Shown here: one piece after another, positions 16,361-23,958 of the stretch | Layout of the letters: every line of letters begins with the position of its first letter | Numbering within the stretch: the first letter of the stretch is position 1 | IMG/VR virus record: IMGVR_UViG_3300028840_002119 | Coordinates: 1-56,778 of that record | Reading direction: 5' to 3' (one strand) | From: a virus | Lineage: Duplodnaviria > Caudoviricetes | Length of the DNA stretch: 56,778 nucleotides | Notes under the pieces: generated by a model | Told to the model about the DNA's origin: nothing | The model's input: only the letters and a program-made list of their open reading frames with translations | The model's database searches: none | Program-made: the position numbers and the translations under genes

Positions 16361-16455
16361 GAGTACATACCGAATCGTAATACCTCGATGCAGCCGGACA
16401 CTCATCGAAGGTCACAGACTTAGCCGAGATAGGCGGCGTTACCTGAGCACTTTAC

Positions 16456-16482
16456 ACCCTGCCTATTGGAGCAGGGTTTTTT
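16456..16482 (+). terminator. Attenuator terminator in the rightward (replication) leader
   Basis: ACCCTGC-ctattgga-GCAGGGT followed by TTTTT. Confidence 0.78.
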
Positions 16483-16504
16483 CATTCTTATGAAAGGGGT
16501 GCTT

Positions 16505-17275
16505 ATGACCATAGGAGCAATGTCCATGAATCCAGACTCAATTACCGTAAAACTCGCGGCAGAGCTTGCAGGCTACACCACGCACAATATCAGACGCCTA
16601 GCTAGAACGGGCGTTCTAAAAGCGGATAGGTTTGGTACAGCCTGGGCCATCGACCGGACAAGCCTACTCGATCATATCGCTGAAAACAAGCGCTTAGGGC
16701 AAGGCAAGCACGCAGCAAACCGCTACACGAAGGACTTGGGAATGATACAGAAGCTAGACCTCACCGAAGCACTGGTCCTCGACACCGAGACGACCGGACT
16801 AGGCAATATGGACCAGATCGTAGAGATCGCCATCATCGACATGACCGGCAATCTGATCTTACAATCCCTGCTGAACCCCACCATCGCAATGACTCAGCGC
16901 GCCTATGAAGTCCATCGCATCGGCCCATCGGAGCTAGATGCTGCCCCACTCTTCCCCACCATCTGGCCTGAGCTTATCCGCGTCCTGAATGGTAAGAAGG
17001 TCATTGCTTACAACGCCAACTTCGATATGCGGATGATCGCCCAAACCGCGCACGCCTTCGACCTGGACCTCACGCTCTTGGATTGCGACTTCCATTGTGC
17101 GATGCGCGCCTACGCGATGTATCGCGGCGGCAGGCGCAACTACAAGCTGACCACGGCCTGTGCCGCGATGTCTGTCACTGGGCTTCCCGAAGGGATGCAG
17201 CCCCACCGCGCCCAAGCGGACGCTGAACTGACGCGCCAACTCGTGCTGAAGATGTTGGAGACGCCAGCAGACTAG
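16505..17275 (+). CDS. Excisionase-type HTH fused to a DEDDh 3'-5' exonuclease
   Basis: ITVKLAAELAGYTTHNIRRL...FGTAWAID; VLDTETTG, AYNANFD, HRAQADA. Start uncertain (16505, 16520 or 16526). Confidence 0.85.
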   Translation: MTIGAMSMNPDSITVKLAAELAGYTTHNIRRLARTGVLKADRFGTAWAIDRTSLLDHIAENKRLGQGKHAANRYTKDLGMIQKLDLTEALVLDTETTGLGNMDQIVEIAIIDMTGNLILQSLLNPTIAMTQRAYEVHRIGPSELDAAPLFPTIWPELIRVLNGKKVIAYNANFDMRMIAQTAHAFDLDLTLLDCDFHCAMRAYAMYRGGRRNYKLTTACAAMSVTGLPEGMQPHRAQADAELTRQLVLKMLETPAD

Positions 17276-17284
17276 GAACCCGCT

Positions 17285-18259
17285 ATGAATAACGAGATCG
17301 TTTTAGAGGAAAGTCCGCGCACGCACTTCCAGATGCTTCCGCACCTCATTGATGATATGGGCCTGGATGTCTACGAGCATCGCCTGTACTGCCATCTGCG
17401 GCGTGTCGCCGGAGAACACGGCAAGTGCTGGCAGACTACGCGCACCCTCGCCGCAGCCTGTAACATGAGCGTGGGTAAAGTATCTCAGGCAAAGCAAAGC
17501 CTCGAACAGCGCGGGCTGATCGTCATCGCGGAGCAAGCTGCCCCTGGCGGTATCTCGCACCATATCACGATCGCGGACATCTGGCGCGAGAATCACGAAC
17601 GCTATAGCGTTCACCAGGTGAACGCAAGTGATAGCGTTCAGGACGTGAACGCAAAAAATGGCAGGGTTCAGGACGTGAACGCAATGCGTTCACCAGGTGA
17701 ACCAAAGAATATCCCTTCTAAGAATACCACTGAACATGAAGAAGATGGAGAGGGAGAAGGCGCACAAGTGCGCCCCCCTGACTGCCTACCGAATCAATTC
17801 GATCTTTCTGTAAAGGCTATCAAAAAAATGAAGTTCAGGCGGGCAGAGTATTTCGCCATCCTCGAAGCGGAGCAGGGACGCGAGAAGCCGCGCAGCACCC
17901 TAATTGACCATATCGAGAGTAAGCTGTCAGTGAATCAGCATCCGGCCGTAGCGATCTTTCGTGAGCAGACGCATTACTATCCTCGCGGAGAATGGCGTCA
18001 GAAAGTCGCTGATACGGTCGGAGAGCAGCCAGTAGCCCTCGACCTATGGGAAAGGGTCTGCGAAGGTTGGGTCGGCATAGGCTGGAATGTACTCAACACG
18101 AAGGGGATGCTTGACTACTGGGCACGCGGAGAAATACCAGGGGAAGATCGACCGGAGAAACAGCCAACGGGCGATAATGCGTTCGAGGAGTTCGAGCGAC
18201 TGACCGGACTTAGGCAAGTCCAAAGGGTAGAGGAAAATGTCACCTACGTTGACGCATGA
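17285..18259 (+). CDS. Replication initiator (N-terminal winged HTH, lambda O-like organisation)
   Basis: RLYCHL...CWQTTRTLAAACNMSVGKVSQAKQSLEQRGLI; internal iterons. Confidence 0.8.
   Translation: MNNEIVLEESPRTHFQMLPHLIDDMGLDVYEHRLYCHLRRVAGEHGKCWQTTRTLAAACNMSVGKVSQAKQSLEQRGLIVIAEQAAPGGISHHITIADIWRENHERYSVHQVNASDSVQDVNAKNGRVQDVNAMRSPGEPKNIPSKNTTEHEEDGEGEGAQVRPPDCLPNQFDLSVKAIKKMKFRRAEYFAILEAEQGREKPRSTLIDHIESKLSVNQHPAVAIFREQTHYYPRGEWRQKVADTVGEQPVALDLWERVCEGWVGIGWNVLNTKGMLDYWARGEIPGEDRPEKQPTGDNAFEEFERLTGLRQVQRVEENVTYVDA
17607..17704. repeat. Four 19-bp palindromic iterons, putative replication origin
   Basis: GCGTTCA-N5-TGAACGC-like units at 17607, 17634, 17664 and 17686, followed by A-rich sequence. 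Confidence 0.8.
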
Positions 18260-18773
18260 CGAACTACAACGTTATATGGCCATAAAGATGCTGGCCGCAG
18301 GCTTCCCATCGAACGCGCACAAGGTCACAGTTGCCACCATCGCGATGTACATGGCCTTGCTCTCCGATATTCCGATTGAAAGTCTGGAAGCGGCTGTGCT
18401 ATGGTGCGGAGCGCACTACAAGTTCTTCCCTGCCGTCGAAGAAATACGCGAGGCCGCACTAATCAAGGTCAACCCGCCACCGTTGGACATCGAAGCCTGG
18501 GCAGAAGTTCAGGACACGGAACTCATCGGAGGATGGCAGCTTCCAGAGTTTTCGCACCCGCTTATCACGCGCACCGTCGAACTTCTCGAATGGTATCGAA
18601 TTGTCCGCAATAGGCACCAGGACGCGATGCGCGTCGAGTTCATCAAAGCGTACAACCGCGTTGTAGCTCGTGAAGCCGAGCGCGCGATTGCCATCACCGA
18701 CACGGAAGGGGCATGGGAATCGCTATCCACCCTCGTCTCGAAGATGAAGGCTTTACCTGGGGTGGCTGAGTGA
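18237..18773 (+). CDS. Helicase loader/inhibitor-like protein (G39P-like)
   Basis: YMALLSDIP...KFFPAVEEIR pattern; follows the initiator gene. Confidence 0.65.
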   Translation: MSPTLTHDELQRYMAIKMLAAGFPSNAHKVTVATIAMYMALLSDIPIESLEAAVLWCGAHYKFFPAVEEIREAALIKVNPPPLDIEAWAEVQDTELIGGWQLPEFSHPLITRTVELLEWYRIVRNRHQDAMRVEFIKAYNRVVAREAERAIAITDTEGAWESLSTLVSKMKALPGVAE

Positions 18774-18937
18774 TGGACAAGTTCATCATCTTGGGCTCGA
18801 TCTGCATCGCAGCGGCAATACTCGCCTACGTCGCGCAATATATCGACCGCAACGCGCCATACCAATGCCCAGAGTGCGGAGAGATCATCGACGAATGGCA
18901 CACCTGCCCATCCTGCGGGTGGGAATTCAAATTGTAA
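18773..18937 (+). CDS. Small membrane-anchored zinc-ribbon protein (54 aa)
   Basis: Hand translation: TM segment then CPECG...CPSCG; TGATG overlap with the upstream gene. Confidence 0.6.
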   Translation: MDKFIILGSICIAAAILAYVAQYIDRNAPYQCPECGEIIDEWHTCPSCGWEFKL

Positions 18938-18974
18938 GACTGTTATTTTGTAATTAGAAGGGGAGGGATCGACT

Positions 18975-19337
18975 ATGAAGAACGGATTACCTTATATGAT
19001 TTGGTGGTTGTCTCGAAACGCTTGCCAGCAAGTTAACTTTTTGCTCGGTCAAGGGAATGAAGTCGTCGCCAATCTACCACCTTACATCCTGTGTGAAGTT
19101 TGGAAGCGATTCGGGCATCCTGGCCGTGGTCAGCTATCGGTCGCCCCTCACATTCCAGTAAAGGAAGTCACGGAATGGAAAACGGGTGACGGCGTAGACG
19201 TCGAAGCCCTCGACTGCGGCGGCATTGTGATCGAGCAGGAACACGTCAACCAGATAGTGGGGCTACCAGGGTTCATAACTGACCTAAGCCTCAACATCTT
19301 CACCTTAGACGAGGGGGACGGCGATGGAGCTGGCTAG
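18975..19337 (+). CDS. Hypothetical protein (120 aa)
   Basis: GGGAGGG SD; operon context. Confidence 0.65.
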   Translation: MKNGLPYMIWWLSRNACQQVNFLLGQGNEVVANLPPYILCEVWKRFGHPGRGQLSVAPHIPVKEVTEWKTGDGVDVEALDCGGIVIEQEHVNQIVGLPGFITDLSLNIFTLDEGDGDGAG

Positions 19338-19911
19338 GGTCATGAGAATCGCCCAACTGTTGACCGATGCGCTTCGGCCCGCGTGTGAACGTATCGAGAT
19401 CGCCGGCAGCATCCGGAGACTGGAACCCGACGTCGGAGACATCGAGATTGTCTTCCAGTCGAAGATTGGACCTATCGAAAGCGCGGGCACGCTTTTCCCG
19501 TTGGATGGCGCGATGATCGAAGGGGCAGTCAACGATCTGCTTGAAAGTCGCGTCTTGAAGTGGGACACAAAGATCAAAGCTAACGGCCCGCGCCACAAGC
19601 GCTTGATACATCGCGTCAGTGGTATGGCCGTGGACCTCTTCGGAGCGACGAGCAAGAACTGGGGCTACATCATGGCTATCCGCACTGGTCCAGCGGAGTT
19701 TTCGCGCGCGCTCGTGAGTGCGCCGTGGGCTGGCGGCGTCCGGCCTATCGAGATCGGCTTCTCTGAAGGCGTTGTCTACCGGAATGGTGAATCCCTGACA
19801 CTACCAAACGAGACAGACTTCTTTCAAGTTTTGGGCGTGCCCTGGATTCCACCTGAGAAACGGAGCTTGCCGGAACTATTCAGAGATCGTATGCGCGGAA
19901 CCCGCGCCTAA
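19324..19911 (+). CDS. polX: Minimal family X DNA polymerase (palm plus thumb)
   Basis: IAGSIRR...GDIEIV, VDLF, RTGPAEF, PWIPPEKR. Confidence 0.85.
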   Translation: MELARVMRIAQLLTDALRPACERIEIAGSIRRLEPDVGDIEIVFQSKIGPIESAGTLFPLDGAMIEGAVNDLLESRVLKWDTKIKANGPRHKRLIHRVSGMAVDLFGATSKNWGYIMAIRTGPAEFSRALVSAPWAGGVRPIEIGFSEGVVYRNGESLTLPNETDFFQVLGVPWIPPEKRSLPELFRDRMRGTRA

Positions 19912-19912
19912 C

Positions 19913-19928
19913 TATTTCCTGGGAAATA
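19913..19928. promoter_or_regulatory. Noc/parS-like palindrome 3
   Basis: TATTTCCTGGGAAATA between the polX stop and the next SD. Confidence 0.75.
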
Positions 19929-19946
19929 CACAACACGGAGGATACT

Positions 19947-20834
19947 GTGTCAAAACACGAAGCTGCACAGCAGCTAATTGACTTTATCGAGGAAAAGCTG
20001 AGAGACTGGGTGCCGCCTGAATACTGGAAGCCAGAACCGCGCACCCCATTCCGCGATCCCATGATGTGGGCCTTATTCTCACCTGCCTTTGTCTGGATTA
20101 TTGGCGCGGCCATCTATGGCGGCGAGGCTATCAGGGCCAGGGACATCCAGGCCGCTACGGATGGGCTTGGCTCATGGATGATGGTCATCGGCGGCGAGGT
20201 CGGGACGATCTTCGTGGTTATCGAGGTGTTTCGTAAGCTGCTGAACGAGGATCACGGATGGATAGAACGCCTGTTCGACATCGGCGGCCTGGCCATCTCG
20301 ATGATTGCGACGTTGGGCGTTGTTGCTGTGCCCTTCGCCCGCCAAACGTCGATTGTCCATGAATGGGTGAATCTGGTACGGACATACGGCCCGCTGGTCC
20401 TGCTCGTCTGCTCCGTCTTCGACTTCTATGCCAACGGCATGGAAGCCGGATTCTACCTGATGACGTTCGCACAGCGTTGGGAGAAGTGGAACCAGGACAA
20501 GCGCACCTTCCAAGAGAGGGAAAGGAACAAGTATATTGCGTTACTGACGCAGCCAGTCAACTACGTCGCCGCGACACCTGACGCGCCACCCGCAGCAGAT
20601 GAAGCGCCAGTGACGCAGGATGACGCGCCACCCGCAGCAGATGAAGCGCCAGTGCAGTTGAACAAGCCGATGTTCGACAAATGGCTTGCGTCACTCAACG
20701 GACGACGCGACACGCTGACGCGGGATGAAGTCTTGCAGTGGGCAATCGGGCTAGGTGCCGACGTCAGTAGCGCGACGGGACGCGCCACCAGAGACAAGGT
20801 GATGCGTTGGTGCAGACGAGCGGAGATCAACTGA
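19947..20834 (+). CDS. Multi-TM membrane protein with duplicated DAPPAADEAPV linker
   Basis: About 4 hydrophobic helices; 33-nt direct repeat near 20580-20653. Confidence 0.75.
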   Translation: MSKHEAAQQLIDFIEEKLRDWVPPEYWKPEPRTPFRDPMMWALFSPAFVWIIGAAIYGGEAIRARDIQAATDGLGSWMMVIGGEVGTIFVVIEVFRKLLNEDHGWIERLFDIGGLAISMIATLGVVAVPFARQTSIVHEWVNLVRTYGPLVLLVCSVFDFYANGMEAGFYLMTFAQRWEKWNQDKRTFQERERNKYIALLTQPVNYVAATPDAPPAADEAPVTQDDAPPAADEAPVQLNKPMFDKWLASLNGRRDTLTRDEVLQWAIGLGADVSSATGRATRDKVMRWCRRAEIN

Positions 20835-20838
20835 CGCG

Positions 20839-21108
20839 ATGGGCTTCATCGAATTTCTCGCAAAGCTCGACTGGGTTGAACCACTGACCGTCCTGCTGCA
20901 CACCCTCGAAGGCACGCGGCAGCGCAAGATCACCATAGATCGCTTCTGCGGCTTCAGTGGTCAAGAAGTCGAAGATATGCTCAACTCATACGGCGTTACT
21001 CTGTGGGGTCGCGGCTTCACGGAGGACACGCTTACCTTTCACGTCAAAGAAGCGCAAGCAGATTGGGCTATGTACCTGCTTACGCGCAACGGAATCCAAG
21101 CTCGCTAA
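20839..21108 (+). CDS. Hypothetical protein (89 aa)
   Basis: Operon context between the membrane protein and FtsK. Confidence 0.7.
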   Translation: MGFIEFLAKLDWVEPLTVLLHTLEGTRQRKITIDRFCGFSGQEVEDMLNSYGVTLWGRGFTEDTLTFHVKEAQADWAMYLLTRNGIQAR

Positions 21109-21128
21109 GTTTCTATACGGAGGGAATA

Positions 21129-22571
21129 ATGCCACGATCAATGCGCCCATATCTCGAATATCAAGCGGATCGCGTCGAAGCGGTCCTCGCCGCGCACCGC
21201 GCACCTGGCCGCATCACTGGCGGCACTGTCGGCCCGCGCCTTATTCGTTTCTTCTTGAATCCAGCGCCACACATCCGCTATGCCGCGATAAAGCGCCTCT
21301 CGGACGATCTGGCCCTGGCGATGCAAGTACCCACGCTGACCATAGACAAAGGCAAGGAAGGGGTCATCTTGGAGTTTGCACATCCGAACCCGCAAAGCGT
21401 CAGCCTTATGAACCTGTTGGGTGAAGCAGGCCCATTGCCCTTCGCTACGGCCCTCTTGGGCCTAACCGACGATGGCGCTCCGTTGCTGTCACGATTCTCT
21501 GCGCCAGAGGTCGCACACGTCCTTGTCTCGGGCACAACCGGAAGCGGGAAGTCGGCCCTACTGCGGACGATCGCCGCGTCACTCGTGCTGTCATTTCGAC
21601 CGGATTTGACGCAGCTTGTTTGCATCGACATGAAAAACAGGACGTTCAAGCCGCTTGCCTCAGCGCCGCACCTGGTGCGTCCTGCCATCGACGATGCGGG
21701 GGAAGCTATCGAGGCTTTGCACTCATTATTCCGTATGATCGAATGGCGCGACCGAAAGGGAATCCTGCCAGCAAGTACATCGGGAGACGGGGTGCTTGGA
21801 AACTCCTGCCCGCGCACTATCGTCTTCATTGACGAGCTGGCCGATTTGGTCATGGCTGGCGGGAAGGATGCTACAGAAACGATTACCCGTATCGCCCAGC
21901 GAGGTCGCGAGGCCGGCGTACATCTGATTGCGGCGACACAGCACCCTTCCTCTGCGATCTTAGGGAGCGTGATGCGGGCCAACTTCCCATTACGCCTCGT
22001 CGGTCAGGTTGTCTCCGCTGACGATGCCCGCGTAGCCAGCGGAAGGGCAGGGACAAACGCGCACCTACTGAACGGACGCGGCGACTTCCTCGCCGTCGCT
22101 GGCGGAGATCGGCCTATCCGGTTTCAGGTCGCCTACATCGAACCCAAAGATTTGCTTTCCCATGTTAAACGCATCGAATTCGCTGGGAGCGTTTCTAACG
22201 ACCTTCCCGTGTACTCGCTGGATGACCAGGGGGGCATGGTCGAAATAGAGAGAAATGCGGCAACGGAGAGCGGCCAGGGGATCAACCTGCTCGACGTTAA
22301 GCCCGTAAAAATAGAACCTGAACCAAAGGAAGAAGCGCACACGGCCAGTGCCATCACTGCGGCGGCGAAGATGGCAAAGCATTGGCCGAGCGTCCGCGAG
22401 GCATACTTCGATGGAAAGGTGAACAAATCCAAGTTGTGCCGCAGCCTTTGGCCCAGCGCAAAGAGATACGAAGGTCGCTTCGCCACATGGCTCGACGAAG
22501 CAGTTGGTATCCTCGAAGCGGACATCAACAGTGCTACCTCTACCGCTACCGCAGCGCCAGGGGGTGATTAG
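21129..22571 (+). CDS. FtsK/SpoIIIE-family DNA translocase
   Basis: HVLVSGTTGSGKS, IVFIDELADL, AQRGREAGVHLIAATQHP, LLNGRGDFL; start at 21129 after a GGAGG SD. Confidence 0.92.
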   Translation: MPRSMRPYLEYQADRVEAVLAAHRAPGRITGGTVGPRLIRFFLNPAPHIRYAAIKRLSDDLALAMQVPTLTIDKGKEGVILEFAHPNPQSVSLMNLLGEAGPLPFATALLGLTDDGAPLLSRFSAPEVAHVLVSGTTGSGKSALLRTIAASLVLSFRPDLTQLVCIDMKNRTFKPLASAPHLVRPAIDDAGEAIEALHSLFRMIEWRDRKGILPASTSGDGVLGNSCPRTIVFIDELADLVMAGGKDATETITRIAQRGREAGVHLIAATQHPSSAILGSVMRANFPLRLVGQVVSADDARVASGRAGTNAHLLNGRGDFLAVAGGDRPIRFQVAYIEPKDLLSHVKRIEFAGSVSNDLPVYSLDDQGGMVEIERNAATESGQGINLLDVKPVKIEPEPKEEAHTASAITAAAKMAKHWPSVREAYFDGKVNKSKLCRSLWPSAKRYEGRFATWLDEAVGILEADINSATSTATAAPGGD

Positions 22572-23042
22572 ATGTTCGGACGCAGACGAAAACAGGACGC
22601 ATGGGGCGGTAGAGGTAGCGGTAGCGGTAGCGTCACTCATGGAGGGCCAATGAACTACAGAGAACCGATCGGCAAGCGCATAGGGCGTTTTCTTCTTCTG
22701 ATGACGACGATCGCCGTCATAGTCGGCGTCGTGGTCATCACGCAACGCTTCTCGACCGAAACGCTCGCCTTCGTAGTCGGCGGGCTTTTCGCCATCGCCA
22801 TCATTGCGGTAATCCTGTTACCGATCTGCTTATTGGGCTACGCGCTTCTCCGCGCCAGGATGGAGCGCCCACAACAGCAGACGCAGCAAACCGTTCCTAT
22901 GGTCTTCCAGGTGCAGCCGCAACAGCCGATGCTGGGGCAACAAAATGGATACGGGCCAGGGTACGGAACACCGCCAATGATGGAGAGCATGGGACGAGGG
23001 GCTATCAGGGAATGGGAAGTGCTAGGGGGTGAGGCAGAATGA
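22572..23042 (+). CDS. Two-TM membrane protein
   Basis: Two long hydrophobic segments; coupled to the FtsK gene. Confidence 0.7.
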   Translation: MFGRRRKQDAWGGRGSGSGSVTHGGPMNYREPIGKRIGRFLLLMTTIAVIVGVVVITQRFSTETLAFVVGGLFAIAIIAVILLPICLLGYALLRARMERPQQQTQQTVPMVFQVQPQQPMLGQQNGYGPGYGTPPMMESMGRGAIREWEVLGGEAE

Positions 23043-23275
23043 TAAAGATCGGATTGCTTTGGCACGATTCGAGCAAGCGCAGTATCGAGGAAAAACTTGG
23101 GCCAGCGATCGAGCGTTACGAGGCACGCTTCGGCGTCCGGCCAAACGTCTGCTATCTGCATCCAGAAACCCGTCTTGATGTTGAAGAAGTCGCGGGCCTT
23201 GCCCTGTTTTCTTCCTGCCGCTTACTACTCAATCACTTCTGGCTGGCGTTCGATTCTGAAGCTGAAGCTGCTTAA
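23039..23275 (+). CDS. Hypothetical protein (78 aa)
   Basis: ATGA overlap with the upstream gene. Confidence 0.65.
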   Translation: MIKIGLLWHDSSKRSIEEKLGPAIERYEARFGVRPNVCYLHPETRLDVEEVAGLALFSSCRLLLNHFWLAFDSEAEAA

Positions 23276-23422
23276 CGGGAGAACCAGATATGGTTAGGCG
23301 TAGAGACTGAGTTCGAGGGTGATAAGGAATTCACGCCCAACACACAACCTTAAAGGAGGAAGAAGAGAGATGGAGCTACGCGAAAGGATTCCAATGCCGG
23401 AACCACGCGACCGCACCTAACC

Positions 23423-23438
23423 TATTTCCCAGGAAATA
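23423..23438. promoter_or_regulatory. Noc/parS-like palindrome 4 (reverse orientation)
   Basis: TATTTCCCAGGAAATA. Confidence 0.75.
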
Positions 23439-23439
23439 C

Positions 23440-23473
23440 AAAACGCGCCAGCGGGATCCACCGGCGCGTTTTT
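23440..23473. terminator. Bidirectional terminator between convergent operons
   Basis: AAAACGCGCC...GGCGCGTTTTT. Confidence 0.8.
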
Positions 23474-23490
23474 CATTTTGGGATAAATGA

Positions 23491-23958
23491 TTAGAGCTGC
23501 ACCCGCGACCACCAACTTATAGCCAGCCCAACCCGTAGCGCGATCTGTATCACGTCCCCTGGTTGTGCATCGATCGTGGTCAGGGCTAAATAGCGATTGT
23601 CGCTCAAGTCGCGTTCTTCCTCGTGGCGCAATTCTCCGTTCACGTACCACCGGACGTCATACAGGCCCGTATCTGGAGCATCGAACCAGACGCCAGAAGT
23701 ATCAGCCGCAATCCCCTCGACCGATGCGGGACGAGCGGACGCGGGCTTTAGTGTGCCTCCTGTGACGGTCAGGCCAAGACCTCCACGCTCCGCGATGTAG
23801 TGTGCGAGATCGGCGGGGGTCAGATTGAGAGATGCCGAAACATTCACGGCGTCTACGAGATCAACCAGGTCAATCGAATGACTGAAGGACGTCAAGATCG
23901 TGTCATCCAGTCCTGCATCGTGCAGCATAGGAACAAAATCAGGTTTCAGGTATTTCAT
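23491..23958 (-). CDS. Hypothetical protein following the tail fibre
   Basis: Start MKYLKPDF overlaps the fibre stop (ATGA); AGGAGG SD. Confidence 0.7.
   Translation of the reverse strand: MKYLKPDFVPMLHDAGLDDTILTSFSHSIDLVDLVDAVNVSASLNLTPADLAHYIAERGGLGLTVTGGTLKPASARPASVEGIAADTSGVWFDAPDTGLYDVRWYVNGELRHEEERDLSDNRYLALTTIDAQPGDVIQIALRVGLAISWWSRVQL

Noticed and set aside
16466-16504. TTG start of the exonuclease ORF at 16466
   Set aside because: It lies within the leader terminator with no SD; downstream ATGs have SDs.
17607-17704. GTTC/GAAC repeats as LexA boxes
   Set aside because: Orientation and spacing (GTTC-N7-GAAC) and the intragenic position fit iterons.
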